A stretch of DNA of 64,000 bases from positions 288,001 through 352,000 of the forward strand of contig CAVWVQ010000001.1 in the NCBI GenBank assembly GCA_963758525.1. Direction: 5' to 3'. The position numbers were made by a program, and so were the translations under genes. This DNA is from an uncultured Phycisphaerales bacterium (GTDB taxonomy: Bacteria > Planctomycetota > Phycisphaerae > Tepidisphaerales > Tepidisphaeraceae). Below the pieces are notes generated by a model, which ran no database searches, was not told the origin of the DNA, and saw nothing but the letters and a program-made list of their open reading frames with translations. Of the stretch, positions 11,128 through 22,464 are shown piece by piece (position 1 is the first letter of the stretch; each line of letters opens with the position of its first letter).

Positions 11128-12380
11128 ATGCTTTCGTTTCATCAGGCCCAACTTTCCAACGGCCTGGACATCATCGCGGAGGAAAACCCCGACTCCTATT
11201 CCACGGCGCTGGGCCTGTTCGTCAAGACCGGGTCGCGCGATGAGGCTGAGGAGATCAACGGCGTTTCGCATTTTCTCGAACACATGATGTTCAAGGGCTC
11301 CAGCAAATACACGTGGGAAGACGTGAACCGGATCTTCGATGAGATCGGAGCCAAGTACAACGCGTTTACCTCGCAGGAGATGACCGCCTACTACGCGAAC
11401 GTGCTGCCGGAGTTCACTGAGAAGGCGATGGAGCATCTGTCGCACCTGCTGCGCCCGGCGATCCGAACCAGCGACTTCGAGACGGAGAAGAATGTCATTC
11501 TCGAGGAAATCGCGATGTACCTGGATGATCCGGGGCATCGGCTGTACGAGAAGCTGATGCAGATCCATTTCGGGCACCACCCGTTGTCGATGAGCATTCT
11601 CGGCGCGCCTGAATCGATCACGCGACTGCAGCGCGATCAGATGGCGCGATACTTCGCGCAGCGATATGGCCCGGGAAATATGGTGCTCGCCGCGACGGGC
11701 CGGCTTGCGTTCGACCAGATCGTCTCGCTGGCGGAAAAGTATTGCGGCTCGTGGCCCCATGTGGATGCGGCGCGCAACAACCGGCGCCGATTTATAAGCC
11801 GCAGCGCAGCGACATGTTCGACACGAAGCTCAACCGCCAATATCTGATGGCGATGATGCCGGGGCCCAGTGCGCAGGACGATCGCCGGTTTGCGGCGCGC
11901 GTGCTGGCCGATGTGATCGGCGACAGCGACGGAAGCCGGCTGTATTGGGCCCTGGTGGACAACGCGATCGCCGAGGATGCGGATTTCGGATTTTATCCGC
12001 ACGACTCGTGCGGCAGCTTCTATCTCGCGCTGACCGCCGGTCCGGAACGGATCGATCAGGCGCTGAAGATCGCCCTGGGCGAATTGGCAAAGGTGAAGCA
12101 CGATCTGAACGATGCCGAAATCGAGCGCGCGAAGAACAAACTGGCGAGCAGCCTGGTGTTGCAGGGGGAAGTGCCGCTGGGGCGCATGCGCTCGATCGGC
12201 GGGCAGTGGATCTACAACAAAGAGTATCGATCACTGGAGCAGGATATGGCCACGCTGCAGGCCGTTGATCGCAAGTCACTGCAGCAGCTGACCAGCGATT
12301 TCCCGTTTGATCCGATGACGATCGTCACGCTGGGGCCGGGAGCGACCGGGAACGGGCAGTCCGCTGATGCCGCTCGCTGA
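11128..12380 (+). CDS. M16 peptidase, catalytic subunit; apparent frameshift near 11776
   Basis: GVSHFLEHMMFKG; continues in shifted frame QPAPIYKP..SRLYWALVD. Confidence 0.88.
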
Positions 12381-12406
12381 ATAATCAGCGTGCGGCGCGG
12401 ACCCTG

Positions 12407-12636
12407 CTAATCTGTCCGCCGCCGCGCTTCGGTAATGTCAGCGATCAGTTCCTCATCGCTTACGCCCATCGCTGCAAATTGCCGTCGCAGGGGCGCGAGT
12501 ACGTCATCCATCGATTCCCGCGCCGCGGCGTGGGCCACAAGATGAGCGACATACGCTGATACGTCCTCTCCCGCGGCTGCGGCCCGCTCGGGAAGGCGAA
12601 TTTCCAGTTGGGGGGGATTTCGATCGTCAGCATCAT
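12407..12636 (-). CDS. Small hypothetical (antitoxin-like) protein, frame broken at a G7 tract (12610-12616)
   Basis: One extra G gives MMLTIEIPPQLEIRLPERAAAAGEDVSAYVAHLV. Confidence 0.5.
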
Positions 12637-12736
12637 TGCCTGGGATTATATCCAAGTGGCGTGAGACCGCACTCCCCCCAAGAGGGATGATCTTTACCGC
12701 ACGACTCCGACCGGCGATCCGTATATCATTCACCAA

Positions 12737-13612
12737 ATGACCGATCGCGTGCCGCGCAAGTTCACGTTCGCCGATCTCCGTACCGCCCGGGCGACGGGCG
12801 CGAAGACTCCGTTCCTCACCTGCTATGACTACACGACCGCCAGGCTGATGCAGGCGGCGGGAGTAAGCGGACTGCTCGTCGGTGATTCGGCGGCGAATGT
12901 GATCCTCGGCCATCCGACCACCCTTCCGGTTTCTCTTTCCTTCATGATCGAAATTACGGCGGCGGTGCGCCGCGGAGCGCCTCTGGCGCTGCTGATGGCG
13001 GACATGCCGTTTGGGTCGTATCAGGGGTCGATCGACCGCGGAGTGCGGGCGGTGGCAAGAATGGTGAAACTTTCCGGCTGCGATTGTGTAAAGATAGAGG
13101 CGGGGCCGAGTCATCTCGGTCTTGTGACGGCATTGGCAGACTCCGGTGTGGCGGTGATCGCTCATTTGGGCTTGCGGCCGCAGTCGATCGGAGTGTTGGG
13201 TGGATATCGCTTTCAAGGTCGAACGGTCGAAGAAGCGTTGGAGATTGTGAAGTTGGCAAAGGGCATGGAACGTGCCGGAGCGGCGGGACTTCTGTTGGAA
13301 GCCGTGCCGCGGGAAGTCGCCGCGGCGGTGATGGAATCGGTCGGGGTTCCGGTGATTGGGTGCGGCGCCGGGCACCCGTGCGACGGAAGCGTTGTCGTGA
13401 CGCACGATGCGATCGGACTCACGGCGCGGCCTCCCAAATTTGCACCTGCAATCGCCGACCTTGCCAAGCCGCTGGAGCAGGCCTTTGCCGACTACGTTCG
13501 ACTGATTGCAAGCGGCCGCTATCCGGAGCCGGAACATCGCTATGAAATGCCGGCCGAGGAGAAGGCGAAATTTCTGGAATATCTGGAGCCCGCGAGCGTT
13601 TCCCGGCCGTAA
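12737..13612 (+). CDS. panB: 3-methyl-2-oxobutanoate hydroxymethyltransferase
   Basis: LTCYDY, LVGDS, ADMPFGSY, HLGLRPQS, VIGCGAG. Confidence 0.95.
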   Translation: MTDRVPRKFTFADLRTARATGAKTPFLTCYDYTTARLMQAAGVSGLLVGDSAANVILGHPTTLPVSLSFMIEITAAVRRGAPLALLMADMPFGSYQGSIDRGVRAVARMVKLSGCDCVKIEAGPSHLGLVTALADSGVAVIAHLGLRPQSIGVLGGYRFQGRTVEEALEIVKLAKGMERAGAAGLLLEAVPREVAAAVMESVGVPVIGCGAGHPCDGSVVVTHDAIGLTARPPKFAPAIADLAKPLEQAFADYVRLIASGRYPEPEHRYEMPAEEKAKFLEYLEPASVSRP

Positions 13613-13708
13613 GATGTAGTTTGATGTTTTGACGAAAATGCTTTGAGCGGCCGGCTTGTGCCTGTGGGTTTCGGATTCGTTCATTTATCAGCCATCAATG
13701 GAGACTAT

Positions 13709-15286
13709 ATGAATTCGTTTCGTAAATCGTTGGCAGTCATGGTCCTCAGCGGAGGCACCGTGGGCGGATTGCTTGTTGGGGCCGGGGTGGTGCGGGAGTA
13801 TGCGTTCGCGCGGGCCGAGCAAAAAGTCGAGGCGTCGCGGGAGCAACTTTCCACGGTGACCGATCTGTCCACGGTCTTCCGCGAAGTCGGCAAGGCAGTG
13901 GAGCCGTCGGTCGTGAACATCACGGTGCATAAGAGCATCAAGGGCGTTCGGCGCGAGCTGCCGTTCGACGATGATCTGCTCAAGCGATTCTTCCCCGATC
14001 GCTTCAAGGATCAGCCGGACAAGAACAACAATGACGACAACGGCAACAACGATCAGCCGGATCCCAACGGCGGCGATGACGGCGCGGAGCAGGTCGGCAC
14101 GGGCAGCGGCGTGATCATGGAAGTGGACGGAAAGTACGGGTACATCCTGACCAACAATCACGTTGCCGGCGGGGCGACGGAAATGCTTGTGACCCTTTCG
14201 GACGGCCGACGAATTGAAAACGCCAAAGTGCTGGGGACCGATCCGAAGAGCGATCTGGCCGTGGTCAAGATCGAAGCCGAGCATCTCATCCCCGCACGCT
14301 GGGGCGACAGCAGCACGCTCGAAAAGGGCGACTGGATTCTCGCCTTTGGAAGTCCGTTCGGATACGTCGGGTCGATGACGCATGGCATCGTCAGCGCGCT
14401 CGATCGGCAGGCCGGTATTCTCGGGAGCCAGGGTTACGAAGACTTCATCCAAGTGGATGCGCCGATTAATCCGGGCAACAGCGGCGGGCCGCTGGTGAAC
14501 ATCCACGGCGACGTGGTGGGAATCAATACCGCCATCGCATCGCGCAGCGGCGGGTTCCAGGGAATTGGCTTTGCAATTCCTTCCAACGAAGCCAAGTTCG
14601 TCTACGGCGCTCTCAAGGATAAAGGACATGTCACCCGCGGATGGCTCGGCGTAAGCATCAGCGACGTCGCCAATGACCTTCCCAAGGCGCACAGCTTCGG
14701 CTACCAGGGCACCACGGGCGTGCTCGTGGAACAGACGTTCCCGAACACCCCTGCCACCGGAAAGCTTCAGCCCGGCGATATCATTGAAGAGATCAACGGA
14801 AAGCCCGTCGAGAGCGTCCTGGCGCTGCGAAACAGCGTGGCCGCGAATCCTCCGGGGGCTGAGATGAACTTCAAGATTTTCCGTGATGGCAAGGACTCTG
14901 ACGTGACCATCAAGCTCGGCGAGCAACCCGCCGATCTCGTTGCCTTTGGTCACGGGGCAACGCCCAGCGACAGCGGCGTGGCTCCGTCGAGCACTGCCGA
15001 CGCGCTGGGAATGAAGCTGGTGACGCCCGATCAGCAGGCGGTCACGCAATACAATCTCTCGGAGAAAGAGGGCGCGCTGGTGGTGACCGTGAAGCCGCGC
15101 TCGGCGGCTGACAAAGCCGGGATTCGCCCGGGTGATTTGATCACGCATGTCGCGGGCCAGGTGGTCACCAACGCCAAGCAGGCCGGCGACGCAATTGCCA
15201 AACAGGATGTGACCAAGGGCATCCGCTTCTATGTGACCAACGCTGACGGATCACGATTCGTCTTCGTCGAACCGGAGAAGAAATAA
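13709..15286 (+). CDS. HtrA/DegP-like serine protease with two PDZ domains
   Basis: LTNNHV, SDLAV, INPGNSGGPL catalytic triad; RGWLGV PDZ. Confidence 0.93.
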   Translation: MNSFRKSLAVMVLSGGTVGGLLVGAGVVREYAFARAEQKVEASREQLSTVTDLSTVFREVGKAVEPSVVNITVHKSIKGVRRELPFDDDLLKRFFPDRFKDQPDKNNNDDNGNNDQPDPNGGDDGAEQVGTGSGVIMEVDGKYGYILTNNHVAGGATEMLVTLSDGRRIENAKVLGTDPKSDLAVVKIEAEHLIPARWGDSSTLEKGDWILAFGSPFGYVGSMTHGIVSALDRQAGILGSQGYEDFIQVDAPINPGNSGGPLVNIHGDVVGINTAIASRSGGFQGIGFAIPSNEAKFVYGALKDKGHVTRGWLGVSISDVANDLPKAHSFGYQGTTGVLVEQTFPNTPATGKLQPGDIIEEINGKPVESVLALRNSVAANPPGAEMNFKIFRDGKDSDVTIKLGEQPADLVAFGHGATPSDSGVAPSSTADALGMKLVTPDQQAVTQYNLSEKEGALVVTVKPRSAADKAGIRPGDLITHVAGQVVTNAKQAGDAIAKQDVTKGIRFYVTNADGSRFVFVEPEKK

Positions 15287-15319
15287 ACCGTCCAGCCTCT
15301 CATCCTGGTGAGACAACCG

Positions 15320-15357
15320 AAACTCCCGGTCGAAAGACCGGGAGTTTTTGTTTTTTA
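15320..15357 (+). terminator. Rho-independent terminator
   Basis: AAACTCCCGGTC-GAAA-GACCGGGAGTTT then T-tract. Confidence 0.85.
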
Positions 15358-15590
15358 TCGGACACGGCTTGCCGCCTGCATCCCCCTCATGGGTTTACCG
15401 GCCCGTCCCATAGAACCCGCGTTAACAGTTCCTTGCTCGCCACCGGCAAAAACTGCGCAACTCTGCTAAAGCTCCCGCGCACAATGTCGGATACTAACTG
15501 GTCAAACGGCTTCGCCGGCCGTAGGCGAAACGATCAGGCAGCATGTGACCCGTGCGGCCGCTTCGTCCGCCACCCAGGAGAGAAATGCAA

Positions 15591-16175
15591 ATGAACGCGA
15601 CAAAAGTAAAAGACGTGCTGACCACGGGCGAAGTTGCAAAGATTTGCAACGTCGCGCCCCGGACGGTCAGCAAGTGGTTCGACTCGGGCGCCCTGCATGG
15701 ATACCGGATTCCCGGCAGCAAGGACCGCCGGATCCCGCTCAACCAGCTCATCCGCTTCATGAAGCAGCATGGAATGCCGCTCAACGGACTGATGACCGGC
15801 TGCACGCGAGTCATGATCGTCGACGACGAGCAGGACATCGTGGAAGTGCTCGAAAAGATCCTTGAGGACGAAGCGAAATACGAAGTCGAAGTCGCCTGCG
15901 GCGGATTCGCGGCCGGCGTGACCGCCGAGAAGTTCCGCCCGCATGTGATTCTGCTCGACATGCACCTCTCCGACATCGACGCGCCTGAAGTTGCCCGGCA
16001 GGTGAAGAAGAACGCGGATTTGCAGCTCACGAAAGTGATCGCGATGAGCGGGAAGCTCACCGAGCAGGAAGCACAGGGCCTTCTGCAGGGCGGGTTTGAC
16101 GGATTCCTCCGCAAACCATTCCACGTTCGCCAGGTGATCGAGGCGATCGAAGACGCCACGGCGGTCGTTTACTAA
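15591..16175 (+). CDS. Response regulator: N-terminal excisionase-like HTH plus receiver domain
   Basis: LTTGEVAKICNVAPRTVSKWFDSG; VMIVDDE, LLDM, LRKPF. Confidence 0.9.
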   Translation: MNATKVKDVLTTGEVAKICNVAPRTVSKWFDSGALHGYRIPGSKDRRIPLNQLIRFMKQHGMPLNGLMTGCTRVMIVDDEQDIVEVLEKILEDEAKYEVEVACGGFAAGVTAEKFRPHVILLDMHLSDIDAPEVARQVKKNADLQLTKVIAMSGKLTEQEAQGLLQGGFDGFLRKPFHVRQVIEAIEDATAVVY

Positions 16176-16208
16176 GCTTTACGAAAATCTCGACGCAAGG
16201 ATGCGCCA

Positions 16209-16240
16209 AGGGTCGTCTCGGAGGGGACGACCCTTTTTTT
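16209..16240 (+). terminator. Rho-independent terminator
   Basis: AAGGGTCGTC...GACGACCCTT followed by T-run. Confidence 0.8.
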
Positions 16241-16241
16241 G

Positions 16242-17000
16242 TTACTGGGGATTGGTGGTCGGCTGAAAATCCTCGCCGGGCGACGCATCCGAAGGAGAAG
16301 ATGACGGCGAGACGATCCCGCCATTGCGACGCGGCCGATTCTCCCTGCCCCAGTTTTCCGGGCCGTGTTGAATGACTTCCTGAAGCTGCTGACTGATCAC
16401 CGTCTCGCGATTATGCTCGTCGGCGTCCCGCTTGGATTGGAGTTCCGCGGCCCAGGTTTTCATGCGATTGATGCGCGTCTGGCGGTCCTGCTGTACGTTG
16501 TCGAACAGCGCCTGAACCTGCTGCCGCATGGTCGCGCGGAGAGCCGTCTTCTGGCTGCCGCTGGCGGACATGTACTGGCGGTGCAGATCGAACAGGCTGT
16601 CCTCAATGCTCAACCGCTGGAGCTGGACCTGGTAGATCTGGGGAAAATAATCCTGCACTTTGCGCAGCGCCGCGTATCGGCTGTAGATCACCGTCCGCAA
16701 GTGCTGCTTGAGGGGGCCGTCGGGCAGCTCGCTGACCAGCGCCATTCGTTTGGGGCTGTATTGGTTCAGAAATGATGAGGCCAGCTTCCATTCTTCCTCG
16801 GTCGGGCGATGACGGCCGCCGTGGTAAGGCGCATCGGAACCGGCGGGATTAGCCTCCTGAGGAAAATTCGGATCGGAAATGCCCGATGCCGGATCGGCTG
16901 GGTGATCGGGTTGGTCGGCCAATGCGCCAAGCGGCAGCAGGCAGAGAAGCCACGCCGCTCCCCGCAGACCGAATTGACGCGGATGACCAGACTTACTCAT
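16242..17000 (-). CDS. Exported helical hypothetical protein (third gene of ECF operon)
   Basis: Signal peptide WLLCLLPLGALA; overlaps the anti-sigma stop. Confidence 0.7.
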   Translation of the reverse strand: MSKSGHPRQFGLRGAAWLLCLLPLGALADQPDHPADPASGISDPNFPQEANPAGSDAPYHGGRHRPTEEEWKLASSFLNQYSPKRMALVSELPDGPLKQHLRTVIYSRYAALRKVQDYFPQIYQVQLQRLSIEDSLFDLHRQYMSASGSQKTALRATMRQQVQALFDNVQQDRQTRINRMKTWAAELQSKRDADEHNRETVISQQLQEVIQHGPENWGRENRPRRNGGIVSPSSSPSDASPGEDFQPTTNPQ

Positions 17001-17610
17001 TCTTGTCGCTCTCCACGGAAACCTGCGGAGCATCGCCCAACGCAAACAACTGATTGTCTTCCCTCTCGGTGGACGCGCCGAAGGAATTCTCGAGATCCTG
17101 AGCCAACGCAGCATTGTTTTGCTCGGGCTGAGTATCGGGCGGAGAGACTGGGTTTGTGGCGGGGTCAACGACCGGATCGGGGTTGACCGTTCGGACGGCA
17201 AGCGGCTCCAGGCTCTGGTTCCCCACGTTATAGTTGATTACCCAAGTCAGAAACGCCAGGAAAATCGCCGCGGCCGCAATGCCCGGATAGGCCCACCAGG
17301 CCAGGGCAAACCTGTTTCTCGCCGGCTTCGCGTTGCGACGCGCTTCCTCGGCCTGCAGGGCAAGCTGCCTTCGCATCGCCCGGCCCAGGCGGCGCACGAT
17401 CACCGCCTCCGATGTGATCGGCTCGGCTCGATCGAGCGCGGCAACGCGATTCGCAAAGTCCCCGGTCATCTCCCGCAATCGATCCAGCTCGCGCCGCAGG
17501 TTTGCATCGCCGGCGAGCATTTGAGCGACCTCCCCGCGATCCACCGGCGGCAATTCACCCGCCAGGTACATCAGAAGAATGACTTCGTTATTTTCCAGTG
17601 ATTCGAGCAT
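16993..17610 (-). CDS. Putative membrane anti-sigma factor
   Basis: LLMYLAGELP N-terminus, single TM helix, directly downstream of ECF sigma. Confidence 0.7.
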   Translation of the reverse strand: MLESLENNEVILLMYLAGELPPVDRGEVAQMLAGDANLRRELDRLREMTGDFANRVAALDRAEPITSEAVIVRRLGRAMRRQLALQAEEARRNAKPARNRFALAWWAYPGIAAAAIFLAFLTWVINYNVGNQSLEPLAVRTVNPDPVVDPATNPVSPPDTQPEQNNAALAQDLENSFGASTEREDNQLFALGDAPQVSVESDKNE

Positions 17611-17622
17611 TGAGTCTTCCGA

Positions 17623-18243
17623 TCAAGCATCCATCAGTTGCTTCAGCTTGATCATTGCCTTGTGAACGCGTCCCAGCGCGGTGTTTAAGGGGCAACCAAG
17701 TATTTTCGCAATTTCGACAAACTTCAACTCGCTGTAATACCGCAACATCACAACCTGGCGTTGGTTTTCCGGAAGCTGCGATATCGCCCAGCGCAGCTTT
17801 TGTTCCTGCTCACTTCCTTCCAGTCGATGATCCGAGGCCGGGAATTCATCATCTGTTACCAGACGCAATCCATCTCTGGCATTTTTTTCCCTGCCGCGCG
17901 AACGCCAGAAGTCGTTCGCCTTGTTGGTCGCGATCCGGAACAGCCACGACTTGAAGCCGCCTCCGGAAAGCGACGGGTCAAATTTGTCAGCATGGTCCAA
18001 AACACTCAGCCACGTCTGTTGCAGCAGCTCATCGCCAGCCTGACTGCCTGTCAGTCGCTGCAAATACCGCAGCAGCGGCTGGTAATATCGCTTCACCAGC
18101 GCGTCCCCGGCGGCGGCGTCGCCGTTGCGAAGCCGCTGAAACAACGCCTCGTCGGTGACGACATCCGGCGAGGCGGTTTGGGACACAACCGGCAAGGGCA
18201 TCGAATTTGGTCCAGCCGTCCCACTCATAACGCTCTGCAGCAC
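17623..18243 (-). CDS. ECF RNA polymerase sigma factor
   Basis: FKSWLFRIATN region 2; LPENQRQVVMLRYY..EIAKILGCPLNTALGR region 4; start uncertain. Confidence 0.92.
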   Translation of the reverse strand: MLQSVMSGTAGPNSMPLPVVSQTASPDVVTDEALFQRLRNGDAAAGDALVKRYYQPLLRYLQRLTGSQAGDELLQQTWLSVLDHADKFDPSLSGGGFKSWLFRIATNKANDFWRSRGREKNARDGLRLVTDDEFPASDHRLEGSEQEQKLRWAISQLPENQRQVVMLRYYSELKFVEIAKILGCPLNTALGRVHKAMIKLKQLMDA

Positions 18244-18428
18244 CGATTATTTCGCCCGATTCAACGCTTTTCGTCTGAAACGTGGGTTTCATGTCCCCGC
18301 GGGACTACACCAGAGTAGAGGGATCGCCAGCTTGCGACAAATAACGGTGCACACGATCAAACCGCCAGGGTCAGCCTCTCCTCCGCTGCGACCCGTCGCG
18401 GCTCACCCCGACTAACCCTCGGCTAACC

Positions 18429-19905
18429 TCAGAATGACCTCGAATCACGATGCTGCGGATGTCCGCGCCTCAGCATCTCGTCAAACGCGCTACCAACTGT
18501 ATTGATCACCTGCCTCCAATCCCCCGGTTGCTTCTGGCGGAACAACCGCATCGTCGGATACCACGGCGAATCCTCCCGACGCTCCATCCATCGAAAATCC
18601 GCCACCGATGCCAGCAGCACCCACACGGGTTTTCCTATCGCTGCCGCCAAATGTGCGATGGCCGTGTCCACGCAAATCACCAGATCGAGCGAGGCAACGA
18701 TCCGCGCGGTATCGGCAAAATCCCGAATCTGATCGCTCATGTCGATCAGCTTCAACCCTTGCGGCGCCCTGCCCGTTTCGGCAGCCGCCTCTCCAAGCTG
18801 CAGACTGAAGAACGTGACGTCCTCGCGCAAGCGGTGCAAGCTGCCGAAGCGCGATCGAGCGATTTCGATCGCGCGCGTGCGCGGTCGATCCCGACCACGC
18901 CAACCCGACCCTCATCCCTGCTTCCTTCAACTCGCGCGGCTCCGCTGCCAGATAGGGCACACGGCGCGCAATGTCCGTCTCCGATCGCAGTTTCAACGCA
19001 AAGGGCAGACTCATCATCGGCAGATGCACATCGAAATTTTCGTCCGCGTCGACCGTTCCCCCCACCACTTTCATCCGGCTCGACTGCGCTGCGCTGTGCG
19101 CCAGGCGCATCAGCGGCTCAGGGCACTCCACGATCACTTGGCCGACCTTTTCGACGACAGCCGGCACGAATCGAAGCATCTGAAGAGTGTCCCCAAAACC
19201 CTGCTCGGCATGCAACAGGATCGTTTTGCCGCGCAACTCTGATCCATCCCACTGCGGCTGTGCGAATTGCCGCCTTCGATTGCGAAACGTTTCGCAACGC
19301 CAGCGCCATTCATATTCACGATATCCTTCCTCCAGATCTCCGCGCTGGAGCAGCGCGTGAGACAGATTCCCGTGAGCTTCCGCGAAGTTGGGATCGAGCG
19401 CGATCGCCGCGCGGAATTCGGAAATTGCCTCATCAGTCATTCCCTTCGACCGCAGGACGTCGCCAAGGCTGTTGTGCGCCTCTGGAACTCCCGGCCGCAG
19501 GGAGACCGCACGTCGGCAGCAGTTCACCGCCTCGTCGATTTCTCCCGCCGCGACCAGCGCGTGTCCCAGGTTGATCCACGCTTCGGGAAAGTCCGCCAGC
19601 AGTTCCACCGCCCGGCGATAACAGGTGATCGCCTCCACGATCTCACCGCGCGCCTGCAGCGCGTCGCCCAGATGCCCGTAAGCCTCGGGAAACCGCGGCC
19701 GCTGCGCGATCGCCTTTCGCAGCAGCGGGATCGCATCGCCATGCCCGACCTGCACCGCCAGAACTCCCAGCAGATGCAGCGCGTCCGCATCGTTGGGATG
19801 CAGCGAGAGCACCTGCCGATAAATGGCCTCCGCCTGCGGCAGTTCCCCCGCCCGATGATGCGCCTCCGCTGTCTCCAGTGCCTGATGAATAGTCGTGTCG
19901 TCCAT
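18429..19905 (-). CDS. TPR-repeat protein with C-terminal GT9-like glycosyltransferase domain; frameshift near 18825
   Basis: TPRs, EQGFGD, VGLAWSG; LDLVICVDTAIAHLAAA and DSPWYPTMRLFRQ in second frame. Confidence 0.85.
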
Positions 19906-20089
19906 GCGCTTCCCGGTGCCATGAGCTTACCACGATGCCACCCGCGGGAGGTCTACATCGGCCGGCCTTCTCATTTTCCCCGCGGAACAAATGCCGATCC
20001 GCGCGTATCCTGCCCTTCCCACTCCGGCGTGCTCCGCCAAGCGAACATGACAGCCCCCAACTGTCTTCCTTGCTTCCGTCGCTCTCCTT

Positions 20090-20235
20090 TACCGCTCATG
20101 CGACATCGCGCGACAGATTTTGCAGCGCCGCATGTCGCATCCGCCGCGCAACTGCTTGCCCTGCCGCGGGATGCTCTCCAGCCTGGCGCGACGCCGCGCG
20201 CAACAGTTGCGCGCCTTTGCTGAAAACGGGGTATC
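20090..20235 (+). repeat. Non-coding module A (inverted homolog at 33040-33186)
   Basis: CATGCGACATCGCGCGACAGATTTTGCAGCGCCGCATGTCGCA... matches the reverse complement of 33040-33186. Confidence 0.85.
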
Positions 20236-20296
20236 CCCGCACGCTCGCCGCGTACGACGCGCCTCCTTCGCCGCCCTCCAGCCGCGCCAGCCCAAA

Positions 20297-20720
20297 AGAG
20301 TGATTGCCACGAAACAACACAAACGACACAAAAAAAGAGAGCCTGGGGACGAGAGCAGCTTCCGGTTTCACTCTCTGCTATTGCGCGTCGCCTCTCTCTT
20401 CCCCTTTTTGTGTTTTTGTGTTTTTTGTGGCCATTCGCTCATTGATTTCAATGCGCTCGGCCATAGTCTCCGCGGATTGCCAATCGGTGTGCGACTTGCT
20501 GCTGCACCTGCGCCTGTCCCCGCAGATCTGTTGTGATTGCGTCACGGTATCCTTTTCGCTCGCCCCCGTGCGACATTAATTGGCTCCGGTTTCTCCTCTG
20601 CCAACGATTCCGTCTGTTCCAAAGCCGTAGGGTCCGCTCGGCGGCTCTTGGGTACGCCTCGAATCGATGACAGCGTCGAGCCGCCGTGCGGACCATTCCT
20701 CGACTTCCGCGAGAATCCTC
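20297..20720 (+). repeat. Non-coding module B (diverged inverted homolog at ~33545-33968)
   Basis: Colinear similarity including GTATCCTTTTCGCTCGCCCCCGTGCGACATT and GCCGTAGGGTCCGCT. Confidence 0.85.
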
Positions 20721-20729
20721 GCCGGTCGC

Positions 20730-21196
20730 TGCAGCAGATGGGACGCCGCGCTTATCCGCACGCGAAGGAACTGCTGATCACCGCCGATTCCGGCGGCAGC
20801 AACGGCTCCCGCGTGCATCTGTGGAAATGGCGCCTGCAAAAACTGGCCGATGAGACCGGGCTGCGCATCTCAGTCTGCCACTTCCCGCCCGGGACCAGCA
20901 AGTGGAACAAGATCGAGCACCAGATGTTCTGCCACATCGCCGAAAACTGGCGCGGCCGGCCGCTGGTCAGCCGCGGCGTGATCGTGAACCTGATTGGTCA
21001 TACGACCACGCGGCAGGGACTGCGCGTCAAGGCGGCGCTGGACAAAGCCAGCTACAAACAGAAAATCAAGGTATCCGACGAGCAGATCGCGTCGCTCCGA
21101 TTGACCAGAGACGCCTTTCATGGAGACTGGAACTACAGTCTGGCTCCGCGTGAGTCAACATAGTAATTGTTCAAGTTATTTTGTTACGGTGCCTTA
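20730..21196 (+). mobile_element. ISAzo13-family IS remnant (3' part of transposase plus right end)
   Basis: LLITADSGGSNG, CHFPPGTSKWNKIEH, FHGDWNY; end-like CAAGTTATTTTGTTACGGTGCCTTA. Confidence 0.88.
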
Positions 21197-21225
21197 ATCG
21201 TGGAGGTCGAATTTGCTCAGGCTTA

Positions 21226-21542
21226 TGGCGAAAATGTTTCTAAGGCCTTCTGTCATCCTTTTTATACTTCTCTATGCGCGACTGCCTCGAGGCTTTTATG
21301 ATACCGACATAGCTACACCATACAGTTGCGCAGTTTTTGCTGGATTGTGCGTTATTGCGCTTCTATGGTTTGTGGAGATATATCTTTTAATCGCGGTATA
21401 CTGTGATGAGCGCGCTGGAAGACGGAGCCCGTTAGCCTGCAAAAAATGCGGTTACGATTTACGGGAAAGCCTTTCTTACTGCCCAGAATGTGGTGAACCG
21501 AGCACGCTGCGCCCGTCAATGCGGCATCGACCTCGTTCCTAG
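21226..21542 (+). CDS. Small membrane protein with C-terminal Zn ribbon
   Basis: TM segments, CKKCGYDLRESLSYCPECG; visibly lower GC. Confidence 0.65.
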
Positions 21543-22462
21543 GCTCTGTCTGACGGATCGAGAACCCTCAGGTATTTCAGCATGATAGCGAGTTTGGCGA
21601 AGCTCAAGAAGTTAAGAGCCAGCTTCTCATAGCGTGTTCCCAGCCGACGACATTCCTTGAGCCATCCGATAGCACACTCGATGCGGCTTCGTTTGCGGTA
21701 GCTGCTTTTATCGAATCGCTCGCCCTTTGGTCGTGGCTGATTGGATTTGCGCGGGATGACGGCTTCGATCCCGCAATCGGCCAGGAACTGGCGAACGGTT
21801 TCGTAGCTGTACCCTTTGTCGCCCGCGATCTTCCCCGGCCAGCCGATGTGCAGGGGCGCTGCACCGCGTGCATCACCTTGTGGAGCTGCGTGGATTCGTG
21901 CGTTTGCCCCGCGGTAACGGTGACGGCGAGCACAAGGCCCTTTCCGTCAGTAACCACGTGGAACTTTGATCCCCATCCGCCGCGCGAGCGGCCCAGCGCG
22001 TGGTCGGCCGGTTCGAAGTCGAGGCCGCGCCCCCTTTGCGCGCCCCGGCGGCAGCGCGAGAAGCACGCACATTGGAGCCGTCGACGAGCCAGAGATCCCA
22101 ATCGATCTTGCCCTCCTTGTTGAGTCGAATCCGCAGTGCTTTGAGGATGCGATCGAAGAAGCCTTCGCGCCGCCAGCGGTTGAAGCGATCATAGACGCTC
22201 TTCCATTTCCCGTAGCGTTCGGGCATGTCTCGCCATGGAGCTCCGGAGCGAAGAATCCAGAGCATCCCATTGAGCGTGATGCGGTGGTCGTTCCATCGTC
22301 CGCCACGTTTTTGTACGGGGAAAAGTGCCTTGATCAGGTTCCAGTGATCATCCGTGAGTTCGTAGTGCGCCATCTGTCCTCCATGTGGAGAACATCATGA
22401 CGATCATAGAAGAACGCGCAATACCTAACGAGCGCCGAACATTCGATCCGTCAGACAGAGCC
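21542..22462 (-). mobile_element. IS5-family element (IS427-like, split orfAB)
   Basis: 20-bp perfect IR GGCTCTGTCTGACGGATCGA, flanking TA; orfA LRSGAPWRDMPERYG from 22373; orfB GRSRGGWGSKFH..AGDKGY..RYEKL; extra frameshift near 21853. Confidence 0.92.
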
Positions 22463-22464
22463 TA

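Noticed and set aside
9783..12380. M16 peptidase pair read as pseudogenes or a novel four-gene system
   Set aside because: Single-base restorations give the standard inactive plus HXXEH heterodimer pair.
12610..12616. Phase-variable G tract
   Set aside because: G7 is short and the window has many similar deletions; sequencing error is more parsimonious.
12407..13684. Long antisense ORFs (also 13688-15148, 34210-35466, 6264-7604, 37185-38282)
   Set aside because: Shadow frames of well-supported genes, expected in high-GC DNA.
20537..20730. N-terminal part of the 208-aa ORF as transposase sequence
   Set aside because: It is module B read in frame; ISAzo13 similarity begins only near 20730.
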